Under the pieces are notes generated by a model, which was given only the letters and a program-made list of their open reading frames with translations, was not told where the DNA came from and did not search any database. 64,000 nucleotides of DNA. It comes from an uncultured Candidatus Saccharibacteria bacterium. Its GTDB lineage: Bacteria; Patescibacteriota; WWE3; 2-01-FULL-39-13. Shown here one piece after another: positions 21,280 through 31,184 of this stretch. Both the position numbers and the translations under genes were made by a program. Where the stretch lies: contig OZ246395.1 of assembly GCA_965230915.1 (NCBI GenBank), forward strand, positions 472,935-536,934. The letters are read 5' to 3'. Positions within the stretch are counted from its first letter, which is position 1. Each line of letters starts with the position of its first letter.

Positions 21280-21753
21280 TTAATCTAGTAAAGAATATAG
21301 GACCTGGATATGTGAGCTATTATGAAAAGTTTCAATTAATTGATCTTTTGGGATTATTAATCGGTTCTTAACATCTCCATCAGGGTCATTTAGATCACCT
21401 TCCAATAAAGATACTTTAGATTTATATATAAGCATGCAATCTATTCGGCCAGTAATCAAGAAATGATATCTGATCACCGCCAGTGGCGTAGAATGAATGA
21501 CGTTTGCATTAATTTCTTCTTTTACTTCCCTATTTAAAGCTTGTTCAGGTGTTTCCTTTTGCTCTAGCTTTCCTCCCGGTAAAGATGGGTGGTCATTGTT
21601 ATCTATAAAGATGCAAATATTATCTTCATCGACAAAAGCAATGGTTTTTGCACTTTTATATGCCATTGTGATTTTAGGGTCGTATTTGAAAATCTCAATT
21701 TTAGTTTCCTTACCCTCTATTTGGATATTTTCATTGTATATAGGTTTTGCCAT
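21280..21753 (-). CDS. NUDIX hydrolase
   Basis: LPGGKLEQKETPEQALNREVKEE. Confidence 0.88.
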   Translation of the reverse strand: MAKPIYNENIQIEGKETKIEIFKYDPKITMAYKSAKTIAFVDEDNICIFIDNNDHPSLPGGKLEQKETPEQALNREVKEEINANVIHSTPLAVIRYHFLITGRIDCMLIYKSKVSLLEGDLNDPDGDVKNRLIIPKDQLIETFHNSSHIQVLYSLLD

Positions 21754-21756
21754 GAC

Positions 21757-22344
21757 TTAAAACGGAGGACATTCGAAAGTTGAATACCTTATCTTTTCCT
21801 GCACTTCATCACGAGATAGACCATATTTAGTTGAATAGATTTCCATAACAGATGTAATAATCCTGTCTTCCCAAGAAAGCCCTAGTTTTTCAGCTACCAC
21901 TCTAACTTTCTCTTCTGATGGTGCTTCAACTTCAACATAGGGCTCTAAGCTGGGCCATGTATCTATAACGATTTCCGCATCATCAAGAGTCCAGGTTTCT
22001 CTTAGCTTTTCTTGATAGTCTCCCTTTACTAAACCGGCTTTTTCTAATAGTGCGACAGCGGTTTCAAAATCTGAAACAATAATATTTATTTCTTTTTGAT
22101 CAGCTAAATTGCCCTCAGCTTTTGCATGAGTTTTTGCGCTCATTGTGACTTTATCTCCCTCATCCCTAACGCGAATATAATCACAATCGATATTTGGATT
22201 TAGGTGTTTATTAAAAACTTGCATTCGCATTAGACGTTCTGGCTGCTCTAATGTAGCCCCGATCTCTTGGAGTTTTGTACGAATGACGTTAGGTTCTACG
22301 GGATAAAATTTTGCTTCAAATTCTGTATCAGTATTTGTTTGCAT
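21757..22344 (-). CDS. CYTH domain protein (CyaB/triphosphate tunnel metalloenzyme)
   Basis: EFEAK (ExExK), YIRVR, EKLRETW, YVEVE. Confidence 0.9.
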   Translation of the reverse strand: MQTNTDTEFEAKFYPVEPNVIRTKLQEIGATLEQPERLMRMQVFNKHLNPNIDCDYIRVRDEGDKVTMSAKTHAKAEGNLADQKEINIIVSDFETAVALLEKAGLVKGDYQEKLRETWTLDDAEIVIDTWPSLEPYVEVEAPSEEKVRVVAEKLGLSWEDRIITSVMEIYSTKYGLSRDEVQEKIRYSTFECPPF

Positions 22345-22348
22345 AAAA

Positions 22349-22425
22349 TGGTGGGCGATGAAGGATTCGAACCTCCGACCCTCTCGATGTAAGCGAGATG
22401 CTCTAGCCAGCTGAGCTAATCGCCC
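22349..22425 (-). tRNA. tRNA-Val(TAC)
   Basis: GGGCGAT...TCTCG-CTTACAT-CGAGA...ATCGCCC-A-CCA. Confidence 0.97.
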
Positions 22426-22512
22426 GTATTAAGCTTAGAATCAGTCTAATTGCTCAATTTAGGACTGTGGAAATTCTAGCACAATAATATTTGTTGTGGT
22501 ATTAATATTTAC

Positions 22513-23241
22513 ATGACTAATAAGAACCTTCTACTAACAGTATGTGCAGGGCTTTTCGCCTTAGTTTTAATCGCAATTTCACTTAAATATTCAAAACCAA
22601 ACGACATGTATACTAATACAGGTGCTCCAAATACAACACTTAGCGCACCTTCCGGATCAAATACCACAAGTAAACCTAGTTCAATCCCCAGCAAAGTTGA
22701 GAAAGGGGATATTTTAGATTCAGATATGCCACAACTACAAAAACCTGAAATGACTATAGATACGTCAAAAGACTACAAAGCTATAGTTACAACCAACAAA
22801 GGTGTTATGAAAATTGACCTAGCAGAGAAAACTGCTCCAAATACGGTCAATAATTTTGTTTATTTAGCTAACAATCAATTCTATAGCAATGTGATTTTTC
22901 ACAGAATTATAAAAGGATTCATGATTCAAACTGGTGATCCAACGGGAACCGGTTCTGGTGGTCCTGGTTATAAATTTGATGACGAACCATTCGAAGGCGA
23001 ATATGTTCGCGGAACCGTTGCTATGGCAAACGCTGGTCCAAATACGAATGGTAGCCAATTTTTCATAATGGATGGAAACACTCCACTTCCAAAAAATTAT
23101 GTAATATTTGGAAAAGTTGAAGAAGGTTTAGAAACAGTTGATGCAATCGCAAATACTCCTGTTACTTATTCAGCTATGGGAGAAAACTCTCAACCAACAG
23201 AAAAGGTTTATATAGAGAGTGTTGAAATTGTGACCGAGTAA
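22513..23241 (+). CDS. Membrane-anchored cyclophilin-type peptidyl-prolyl isomerase
   Basis: FHRIIKGFMIQTGDP, AMANAGPNTNGSQFFI. Confidence 0.95.
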   Translation: MTNKNLLLTVCAGLFALVLIAISLKYSKPNDMYTNTGAPNTTLSAPSGSNTTSKPSSIPSKVEKGDILDSDMPQLQKPEMTIDTSKDYKAIVTTNKGVMKIDLAEKTAPNTVNNFVYLANNQFYSNVIFHRIIKGFMIQTGDPTGTGSGGPGYKFDDEPFEGEYVRGTVAMANAGPNTNGSQFFIMDGNTPLPKNYVIFGKVEEGLETVDAIANTPVTYSAMGENSQPTEKVYIESVEIVTE

Positions 23242-23352
23242 AGGATTCGCGAAAGAGTAAATTTCAAAAAATAGCTTCACTCTTTTCTCTATAAATGCTG
23301 GTAGAGGCGTTCAGGTATTTTCTTAATTTACCTTCCGCTTCGCTGGCATTTT

Positions 23353-23964
23353 TTATTTATATTGGGAGTATAGTTCACCGACTTTTCGCCAGTTAACAAT
23401 GTTCCACCAGTTTTGAATGTATTCTGGCCTGCGATTTTGGTAATTTAAATAGTAAGCGTGTTCCCAAACATCTAATCCTAAAATTGCATTTTTGCCTTCC
23501 ATAATTGGGTTGTCCTGATTTGCAGTTGATATAATATCTACAACTCCGCCTTCTAAAACGATAAGCCATGCCCAGCCGCTACCAAAGCGGTTAGCTGCGG
23601 CTTCGTTAAATTTTTCTTTAAAGTTATCGAATGATTGAAATGCAGAATTAATTGCTTTCATTAATTCTCCTGATGGTTCACGGTTTGAATTTGGATCCAT
23701 AGCTTCCCAAAATAAATTGTGATTCTTGTAACCCCCACCATTATTACGAATTGCGGTTCTTACATCTATTGGTAATGCTTCGATATCACTTAATAGTTCT
23801 TCTAAAGATTTATCAGCTATTTCAGGATATTTATCTAAAGCAGCATTTAATTTATCAGTATAGGCTTGGTGATGTTTTGTGTGGTGAATTTCCATCGTTT
23901 TTGAATCGATGTAAGGTTCGAGTGCGTCGTATGCGTAAGGAAGTTTCGGTAATTCGTATTTCAT
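23353..23964 (-). CDS. sodA: Mn/Fe superoxide dismutase
   Basis: [30 protein letters not shown]. Confidence 0.95.
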   Translation of the reverse strand: MKYELPKLPYAYDALEPYIDSKTMEIHHTKHHQAYTDKLNAALDKYPEIADKSLEELLSDIEALPIDVRTAIRNNGGGYKNHNLFWEAMDPNSNREPSGELMKAINSAFQSFDNFKEKFNEAAANRFGSGWAWLIVLEGGVVDIISTANQDNPIMEGKNAILGLDVWEHAYYLNYQNRRPEYIQNWWNIVNWRKVGELYSQYK

Positions 23965-24001
23965 AAGTAACTTTTAGCACTTATTGTAAATACGGGCAAG
24001 T

Positions 24002-24430
24002 TTAGCCCTCTACAATCTTTTTTATGTGCTGTAAAACATTGCTCCAATTTTTTCTTGAATGCTCTAATGCGTCTTTATCAATGAAACCAACTTGCCTAAG
24101 TTTTAGTTCAGTTGTACCCAGCCACTCGGAAAGGCTAAAAGTGATTTCACTGTAGTTTTCAGGTTTGTCTTCGAGTCCTGTGAACCCTGACCAATATGTA
24201 TATTGAAAAACTTTTTCTTCTTGTAATTTTGTAATCACGCCCTTATCTTCGTATTGGTGTCCTTGCCATTCGCCTTTAAAAATTAACGTGCTGCCCTCTT
24301 CCCAATCAGAAATTGCATTTGTACCAAATAAGTATTGCCTAATGATATCGGGATTTATAAGAGCATCCCAAACTTTTGGAGCAGGTGCTTTTATTTTTAT
24401 TGAACTTTCTAAAATAAGGGATCGATCCAT
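24002..24430 (-). CDS. SRPBCC/Aha1-like domain protein
   Basis: IKAPAPKVWDAL start and C-terminal W..VL..IK helix. Confidence 0.85.
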   Translation of the reverse strand: MDRSLILESSIKIKAPAPKVWDALINPDIIRQYLFGTNAISDWEEGSTLIFKGEWQGHQYEDKGVITKLQEEKVFQYTYWSGFTGLEDKPENYSEITFSLSEWLGTTELKLRQVGFIDKDALEHSRKNWSNVLQHIKKIVEG

Positions 24431-24490
24431 ATTACTCAAAGAGTACTACTTATATATATGTTTGTCTAAATTTTTAAATGGAAAATTCTT

Positions 24491-24540
24491 TGCCGTTTGG
24501 GATAGTTTTAAGCTTGCGGCTTATTGCTACCCAAACGGCA
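24491..24540 (-). terminator. Long interrupted hairpin downstream of the secreted-protein gene
   Basis: TGCCGTTTGGG...CCCAAACGGCA with inner TAAGC/GCTTA. Confidence 0.6.
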
Positions 24541-24544
24541 GTGG

Positions 24545-24997
24545 TTATTCACGCGCACCTAACAACGGCATGAATAATTTTACGGTTTCTGTAATGATCG
24601 GCTCCTGTTTAATCGGGAATAAAACTGTCACATTCTTATTAGTGTTTGTGACTACTATTTCCCTACAAAGGGAGTCGAACCCAGTGATGGTCCAGTTTTC
24701 TGAACCATTAGGACTGATGCATACTTGATATGTTCCGAGTGGAACTTTCACTTTTGCATGTCCATCTTCGTAGACCGTAGCTCCGAGAAATACTGCCTCT
24801 GGGTCGCTAAGCGACGTAAGGTCCATTTGCCCGGGAAGGTAATCTTCCTCGCTGTCTTTTGTCCCATTCGAGTTGTCGTCGCTAAACAAGACGACCTCTA
24901 TTTGGCCGTGTTTTTTGCTTTCATTTGCAAAAACTGGCCTGGGAACCAATGCCATTAATAGAGCGATTATAAGCCCTATAATTATTAAGTTTTTCAC
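24545..24997 (-). CDS. Secreted SdrD-B/prealbumin-like domain protein with C-terminal LFMPLL tail
   Basis: Signal peptide, FSDDNSNGTKDSEE Ca-loop, GTYQVC. Confidence 0.75.
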   Translation of the reverse strand: MKNLIIIGLIIALLMALVPRPVFANESKKHGQIEVVLFSDDNSNGTKDSEEDYLPGQMDLTSLSDPEAVFLGATVYEDGHAKVKVPLGTYQVCISPNGSENWTITGFDSLCREIVVTNTNKNVTVLFPIKQEPIITETVKLFMPLLGARE

Positions 24998-25120
24998 AAT
25001 TTGCCCCTTTCTTGGCGTCTGATTACTATAGGCTTCTTAGTAATATAATCCCATAATTAATGTTCCTTGTCAAACATAAAACCGCTTGATAAAAGGCTTT
25101 TTTTCACTAATAATATGTAC

Positions 25121-26947
25121 ATGCCCAAAAGAAAAATAAGGAAAAAAAGTCAGAAATTTAACCTGACTTTGCCTTTAACTGTTTTTGTCCTCGTACTTAT
25201 ATATTCCATTTATTTCTTTTACTACAGAAAAGACATATCTCCCACCCACGATCAAAAGGCAGTTCTGGCTGCTAAGAGTAGTGCAGTTGATGGAGACGAA
25301 ACTTTTGTAGCAGGCGAGGTAATCGTAAAACTAAAACAACCAATAAATGAATTTTCAAAAAAAACAGTTACCGGTCCTGACTCTAAAGCTGCGGTTATGG
25401 AATATGCTGGGCTAGATAAGACTAAATTACCTAAAAGTATTAATGATCTAAGCAAAAAGCATCACCTAAAAAGAGTTGAAAAAGTATTTCCACAAGCACA
25501 GTCACCAGAGGCGGAAATACAAAAAATGAAAAAGCAATTAAACGAAAGTTCAAATGCCAGAAGCAGCTCTTTTAAAGAGGATGATGTAAAAAAGAATGAC
25601 TTGTCGCGAATTTACAAATTCAAAATAGATGATAACGCTATTATAAAGGATGTTATTAATGAATTAAAAAAAGACCCAAATGTAGAATACGCAGAACCAA
25701 ATTATTTGGTTAGTCCGACTCTTATTCCCAATGATCCATATTTTTCAACTACAACTACTGCAATAAATCAGTGGTATCTAAATAATCCTGGTAATCGTAC
25801 TGGATATGTTAAGGGTGCAGATATTAAAGCCCTTGATTCATGGAATATATCCAGAGGATCAACAAGTATTGTGGTAGCAGTGTTGGATTCTGGTATTTAT
25901 TATAAACATCCAGATTTAGGCGCAGGTATCGGACCAGGTTATAAAGTAATCGGAGGATATGATTTTGTTAATAATGATGCAGATCCGATAGATGATAACG
26001 GTCACGGCACTCATATTGCAGGTATTATCGCGGCAAATATAAATAATTCAAAAGGTATTGCAGGTGTTTGTCCTAATTGTAAATTAATGAGTATTAAAGT
26101 TTTAGATAAATATGGTTATGGATCTATATCTAGAGGTGCGAACGGCATTTATTATGCTAAAGACCACGGGGCTAAAGTGATAAATATAAGCTGGGGTAAT
26201 CAAGTTTATTCTGAAACATTATTTGCAGCTATAAATGCAGCACAGCAAAGCGGTGTGATAGTTGTTGCTGCTGCCGGTAACAATGGTTCAAGCACAAAGT
26301 TTTACCCTGCAGCTTATACAAATGTAGTTGGAGTTGCCTCAACTGATCCTAATGATAAAAAGCGTGGAAGCAGTAACTTTGATGATGGTTCTAAGTGGGT
26401 AAATATATCTGCCCCAGGAACTGATATTTTATCTACGTCACTATCTGGTACTGGTGGACTATGTAAAAGCGGCAATACTAGCCAATACGCATACTGTAGC
26501 GGTACATCAATGGCCGCGCCAATTGTTGCCGGGGCTTTGGCTCTATATGAAAGTCTTTATCCTGTTTCTACTTCTGCTCAGGTAGTAGCATTAAGAACTC
26601 GTATCGGATCTGCTACCTACGCAGACAACATTAATGCTGTTAATCCTTCGTATGTTAATAAACTTGGAGCAGGTAGGCTTAACATGTGGAAATTTCTAAC
26701 TACTGGCACAACTTGGTGCGCAGATTCAGAATGGGGAATTAATCCTAGTACTCTGGGATATGTAACACCTTCAACAAGCCGTGCTGCCAAGTATTATGAT
26801 TCCTGCGATAACATATCGGCACCAATAGGTTTTAGTGGGGTTGGAGAGGTTTATTGCACGCATCCAACTTCCTCTAAAATAGCCTTAACAGCCCGTGAAT
26901 GTGATAGAGGCCAAGCGTGTGTTAATGGCGCATGTATTTATAGGTAA
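25121..26947 (+). CDS. Membrane-anchored S8 subtilisin-like serine protease with prodomain and Cys-rich C-terminus
   Basis: VAVLDSG, HGTHIAG, AAAGN, SGTSMAAP catalytic motifs. Confidence 0.95.
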   Translation: MPKRKIRKKSQKFNLTLPLTVFVLVLIYSIYFFYYRKDISPTHDQKAVLAAKSSAVDGDETFVAGEVIVKLKQPINEFSKKTVTGPDSKAAVMEYAGLDKTKLPKSINDLSKKHHLKRVEKVFPQAQSPEAEIQKMKKQLNESSNARSSSFKEDDVKKNDLSRIYKFKIDDNAIIKDVINELKKDPNVEYAEPNYLVSPTLIPNDPYFSTTTTAINQWYLNNPGNRTGYVKGADIKALDSWNISRGSTSIVVAVLDSGIYYKHPDLGAGIGPGYKVIGGYDFVNNDADPIDDNGHGTHIAGIIAANINNSKGIAGVCPNCKLMSIKVLDKYGYGSISRGANGIYYAKDHGAKVINISWGNQVYSETLFAAINAAQQSGVIVVAAAGNNGSSTKFYPAAYTNVVGVASTDPNDKKRGSSNFDDGSKWVNISAPGTDILSTSLSGTGGLCKSGNTSQYAYCSGTSMAAPIVAGALALYESLYPVSTSAQVVALRTRIGSATYADNINAVNPSYVNKLGAGRLNMWKFLTTGTTWCADSEWGINPSTLGYVTPSTSRAAKYYDSCDNISAPIGFSGVGEVYCTHPTSSKIALTARECDRGQACVNGACIYR

Positions 26948-26967
26948 TTATTGATTGGATTTGTGTA

Positions 26968-27029
26968 GATTGCCGGAAAGCTAAGTTTTTGCGATTTTGA
27001 GTTTCGCTTACTTTTGCTTTCCGGCAATC
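26968..27029. terminator. Long hairpin between convergent genes
   Basis: GATTGCCGGAAAGC...GCTTTCCGGCAATC 14-bp outer stem. Confidence 0.7.
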
Positions 27030-27051
27030 ATCTAAAAACTAGAACTTGTTG

Positions 27052-28437
27052 CTACCTGCGAAGAGAAGGAAGATATACTTCTTGATCGTTTTGATCAGGC
27101 TGTTCATCTTCAGGCAGATTGGTCGGAATCTCCTTTGTGTTTGTGAACACTAAAAGACCCGTCTCGCCTTCTTTGATTTCGACAATTTGGCAAACCGCGC
27201 TGGTGGGCTTCCATCCAGGTGGGATAGTCTCGCATACGCTATAACTGCCTTCTGGCAGTCTTTTGATGTGCAAGTAGCCGTCGTCTGCCGTAACCCCGGT
27301 CGTCACAACCTGGGTGCTACCAGAAATATACACAGTCATCGTTATGCCGCTTTGCCCAACCTCGTTGCCATCTTTCGCGCCATTGGCGTTGAGATCATTG
27401 ATCTTAAGAAGATCCATATCCCCGCGCCTTTTGCGGTTCAAGAAAGTGACTGTCTCCGGCGGTTTTGGGGTTATAGTTACCGAGTAGCACTGTTGAGTAG
27501 TCGTCACCCAGCCAGGTTGCATATCCTCACAAAGTTGATGCGTTCCATATGGCAAGGTGAACTCGGTACAACCATTCTCGTCTGTGACCTTGGTGACGTC
27601 ATCATCTTTGGATGTGGTGTTCTTGGTCCATCTGATTGTCCAGCCTGAGAGGCGTTGTTCATCGCTGTCCGGTTCCTTGTTTTCATTAAGGTCCCAGACT
27701 TTGCAGGCAGGGCTAGGCCCTTCGTTGGGGTTTTGCGTATTGGTGATCCTACAGGTTTTGCTTTCCCCAGCTTTCACCGTTACGCTACCGTTCGAATCGC
27801 AATCTCCCGACCATGCGGAACCCGTGTAGTTGACTACGGGGTTTTCGCTTGCGGTGTAGGTGCCAGGGTCGACGTCCAGGTAGGTGTTGTTGGAAACTTT
27901 AACTCCGTTGATGAACAGTTCGACTTGATCAGCGGTTAAATTACCGCCGTATCCGTTGACCACTGTCTTGACGATGCGAATGTGGCCTTTTTGTGGAACA
28001 CATGGCTTTGGCAAGTCAAGTGTGACGGTTTGAGACTGCCCGCCATCTACACCATCGTCCCAATCGGCAATTGCCGTAGCACGGTATCGCGCGCTCGTAG
28101 TCGAACCAGGAAGAATCTCGTTGATTGTGAACGACCCACTCTGTTGTGTGAAGGCGCCATGATAAAAATAGTCGCCGTAACCAACATTGTTGATGTTCTT
28201 CTTGACGCCTATATCGCTATTTGAACCGCCAAATTGCTTTGGCTTCCACGATGTGAATGTGGCAGTGACTTTGTAAGTGCCATTTGTCTGGCACTCAGCT
28301 GTGCCGTCACCTCCAAGATTGTGGGCAAAAGCAGAAGGTGCAAAAAATATCATTAGGAAAACTGCCGAGACTGTGGCAATAGCAAGTTTGCTACGCCCAA
28401 GGAACAAGGCGAGGAAAATCTTAAATCTTGTCGACAC
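27052..28437 (-). CDS. Secreted multi-domain surface protein (prealbumin/SpaA- and SdrD-B-like repeats) with C-terminal YLP tail
   Basis: Signal peptide, GTYTASE...TCRITN, DLNANGAKD loops, ends VYLPSLRR; SD GGAGG; visibly more GC-rich than neighbours. Confidence 0.85.
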   Translation of the reverse strand: MSTRFKIFLALFLGRSKLAIATVSAVFLMIFFAPSAFAHNLGGDGTAECQTNGTYKVTATFTSWKPKQFGGSNSDIGVKKNINNVGYGDYFYHGAFTQQSGSFTINEILPGSTTSARYRATAIADWDDGVDGGQSQTVTLDLPKPCVPQKGHIRIVKTVVNGYGGNLTADQVELFINGVKVSNNTYLDVDPGTYTASENPVVNYTGSAWSGDCDSNGSVTVKAGESKTCRITNTQNPNEGPSPACKVWDLNENKEPDSDEQRLSGWTIRWTKNTTSKDDDVTKVTDENGCTEFTLPYGTHQLCEDMQPGWVTTTQQCYSVTITPKPPETVTFLNRKRRGDMDLLKINDLNANGAKDGNEVGQSGITMTVYISGSTQVVTTGVTADDGYLHIKRLPEGSYSVCETIPPGWKPTSAVCQIVEIKEGETGLLVFTNTKEIPTNLPEDEQPDQNDQEVYLPSLRR

Positions 28438-28769
28438 AAGTGGCCTCCATTGCGAATGACAAACACGAGGGACTCAAGGTACATCCGAAGAGAAGTTATA
28501 TTAGTGTGACCCTTTCTTTGTTTATGAATTAATCTTTATATGACCGGCACGAATCAGCATATATCTAATCCCTGTCGGTCATACAAATCTCATTTCAAAT
28601 TCTAGTTTTTAATTTTAAAAGAACAAAATATCTACCCGCTATGGGTTTTATCTGTCGATATCTTCCGATATATTCATATTAATGTCAATTTATTTTTTAT
28701 GTTTTCTCTGAAGTGTTAAGGCTTAATTTTTGCCCTACTATCGAGTATTAAATGGGTTATTTCTTTAAA

Positions 28770-28844
28770 TGGAGCGGGTAACGGGAATCGGACCCGTATC
28801 TCTTCCTTGGCAAGGAAGTATAATAGCCACTATACGATACCCGC
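28770..28844 (-). tRNA. tRNA-Gly(GCC)
   Basis: GCGGGTA...CTTCC-TTGCCAA-GGAAG...TACCCGC-T-CCA; T-loop TCCGATT. Confidence 0.94.
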
Positions 28845-28914
28845 TTGAGTATCTAACCGGAATTTAGCGGACAAGCGATATTATAACAGTCTAAAGCCTT
28901 CTATTTAAAGGTTT

Positions 28915-29274
28915 TTATTTCTTCTTTTCTAGGTTCTGTTTTACCCTAAATTTGGTTATTTGCTTTATCAAAGTAGTTGGAATATTTTTATCTAGAGGGA
29001 ATTTTATCGTACCTTTGGTAGTCTCGAATTTTTTTAATTTGTCACTGAATAATTCAACAGCTTCTGAGCCGGGAAAGAAGCTAATATGATCTTTGAATCC
29101 TCCAAAATGCACTAAATTACCATTTAATGAAAAAGTTGGAATTCCATAGCTAATCTTTTCTGAAGCTTCCTGCGGCGCAACATCTTTTATTATTGATCTA
29201 ATTTCTGATAGTTTTGTTTGAATGTCTTTTGGGAAGCTTTTTATATATTCGTCGACAGTTTTAAAAGATTTCAT
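28915..29274 (-). CDS. DUF1801/YdhG-like (iron chaperone-like) protein
   Basis: TVDEYI, EKISYGIPTF, KGTIKFPLD. Confidence 0.88.
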   Translation of the reverse strand: MKSFKTVDEYIKSFPKDIQTKLSEIRSIIKDVAPQEASEKISYGIPTFSLNGNLVHFGGFKDHISFFPGSEAVELFSDKLKKFETTKGTIKFPLDKNIPTTLIKQITKFRVKQNLEKKK

Positions 29275-29281
29275 TTTTAAG

Positions 29282-29356
29282 TGGAGCGGGTAGCGGGAAT
29301 CGAACCCGCCTCTAGACCTTGGAAGGGTCTCATAAAAGCCACTATACGATACCCGC
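29282..29356 (-). tRNA. tRNA-Gly(TCC)
   Basis: GCGGGTA...AGACC-CTTCCAA-GGTCT...TACCCGC-T-CCA. Confidence 0.96.
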
Positions 29357-29407
29357 GTGGCTAAAGCCTTTCAGCTTAATTTAACAGAAATTATTATAGC
29401 AAAAATT

Positions 29408-30859
29408 TTAAAATAAACCTCTTATAGTTCCAAAAACATCAATATCTGTAAAGCTATCTACCAAAACCATAGTTGTAAATACAAATAAAATGCCAAAGCA
29501 AAGTGCCACTACTGCTTTTCGCCACATTCTTGGATGTGCAGCACTTGGAACTAGGCGCATGTTTGTTTTTATTAGAATTCCAGAAAATACAGTCATACAA
29601 ACAGCATTTATAACGGCACCTGTAACAATTAAATATTGTGGTTGAGTTACTCCAGCCAATAAAACTATTATTCCAAAAAGCAAAAGAATCCAGATTGATG
29701 CATAGAATGTTACCTGAACTTTTCTTGCAGTAGTTGGGCCTTTTGTCATTAAAACAATATTTTCTGTAATAATACGCCCTGCTCCATCTATAACTGTTAA
29801 TTGCGTAGCAAAAAGCATTAAAGCTGTAACTATTAGTAGTGCATTGCCTACGAACGGATTTGTTGAGGCATTAATCATTGCGGCTTGAGTATATAAAAAG
29901 TTTATTCCCTCGGCATTTCCAGCATGACCATAGGCTGTTGAGTAGGAGATCAAGGCTAACAAAAGCATTGTAAAAAGTCCAAGCCCCCAGAAAACCAAAA
30001 GGTGTTCTGCGTTGGCTTTTCTCCACCATTGATTAAATTTAGCTATTTCTTCCGGCTTGGGCTCGAAAGTTGAACCCTGTATATCTACATCCTCGGCTTT
30101 TCCGGTAATTAAGCTTGTTATACGGCCCGAGTACTTACCCATCGCATAACCCTTTTCTTTAACATAAAAAGATTGGGCTAAAAGTAAATTTCCACCTGCT
30201 CCAGCATATGCGAAGGCAGCCAAAAAACCCATGAATGGAAAATCTGGATTGGTAGGAAAAAATCTGTAGCCATCTCCGAATCCCAGAATTCCTAGAAATA
30301 AAGCCTGTACTGCATCCCAAGTAACAACATTTACCGCAACAAAGATGATTAAAGGTATCCCGATTGAAATTAAGATTTTCTGAAAGGTTTCTACAGTTTT
30401 ATATAGAACAGGCCCCAAAGTTAAAATAGCTCCAACTAAAAGTAATTCTACAATTGTTGCGACGGTAGCTAGTGGGAATTCTTCATTATTTGATATTCCA
30501 AAAGGTTTTAAAGCTCCGACTGACGCAGCAGCAAAGGCCGGCCAGGTCCAAGCGATTATTGTAGATATAGCAAACCAGATTGGAATCCATCTAAAAATAC
30601 GTGCAAATCCGACGAAAATGCTTTCTCCGTTTGCCAACGTATAACGTTCGATTTCAGTATTTAAGAAAAATTGAATAGTGATACCTAAAATTGCTCCCCA
30701 AATTATGCCTAGTCCCCAATTAGCAGATAGGTATGGCCATAAAATAAGTTCGCCTGTGCCCAGTCCGAGCCCGACTAAAATAAGGCTTGGGCCAACCATT
30801 TTCGCCAAAGATTTAGGCGCTTCAGGAAGAATATTTTTTTTGAGGGGGCGAAGATCCAT
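29408..30859 (-). CDS. Nramp-related divalent metal transporter (APC fold)
   Basis: GPSLILVGLGLGTGELILWP, ERYTLANGES, about 11 TM. Confidence 0.8.
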   Translation of the reverse strand: MDLRPLKKNILPEAPKSLAKMVGPSLILVGLGLGTGELILWPYLSANWGLGIIWGAILGITIQFFLNTEIERYTLANGESIFVGFARIFRWIPIWFAISTIIAWTWPAFAAASVGALKPFGISNNEEFPLATVATIVELLLVGAILTLGPVLYKTVETFQKILISIGIPLIIFVAVNVVTWDAVQALFLGILGFGDGYRFFPTNPDFPFMGFLAAFAYAGAGGNLLLAQSFYVKEKGYAMGKYSGRITSLITGKAEDVDIQGSTFEPKPEEIAKFNQWWRKANAEHLLVFWGLGLFTMLLLALISYSTAYGHAGNAEGINFLYTQAAMINASTNPFVGNALLIVTALMLFATQLTVIDGAGRIITENIVLMTKGPTTARKVQVTFYASIWILLLFGIIVLLAGVTQPQYLIVTGAVINAVCMTVFSGILIKTNMRLVPSAAHPRMWRKAVVALCFGILFVFTTMVLVDSFTDIDVFGTIRGLF

Positions 30860-30887
30860 ATAAAAATTATGATATGATAATGGACGT

Positions 30888-31178
30888 ATGGCAACAACAA
30901 AAAGACAACGTTTTGAACCAATAGTTATAGAAATCGATGGTAAAGAGATTGAAATCTGCGCATGCGGTAATACATTAAATGAAGATCGTACCTGCGATGG
31001 TACTCATAAAAAGCTAAATGCTCAAATGGATGAAGAAGAAGCAAATGGCAAAACTATGACAGTTGAAGAAGTTTTAGAAGCTTTAAATCAGTCTCAAAGC
31101 TGTTGCGGCGGACATAGCCACGCTCACAAGGAAGATCACGCATGTGCTTGTGGCGGAAACTGCGGTTGTAATCACTAA
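30888..31178 (+). CDS. CDGSH-type Fe-S domain protein with Cys/His-rich tail
   Basis: CACGNT...CDGTH and C-terminal CCGGHSHAH...CACGGNCGCNH. Confidence 0.78.
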   Translation: MATTKRQRFEPIVIEIDGKEIEICACGNTLNEDRTCDGTHKKLNAQMDEEEANGKTMTVEEVLEALNQSQSCCGGHSHAHKEDHACACGGNCGCNH

Positions 31179-31184
31179 CTTTCC

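Noticed and set aside
27187-28459. Several plus-strand ORFs of 60-153 aa
   Set aside because: Antisense shadows of the more GC-rich 461-aa surface-protein gene
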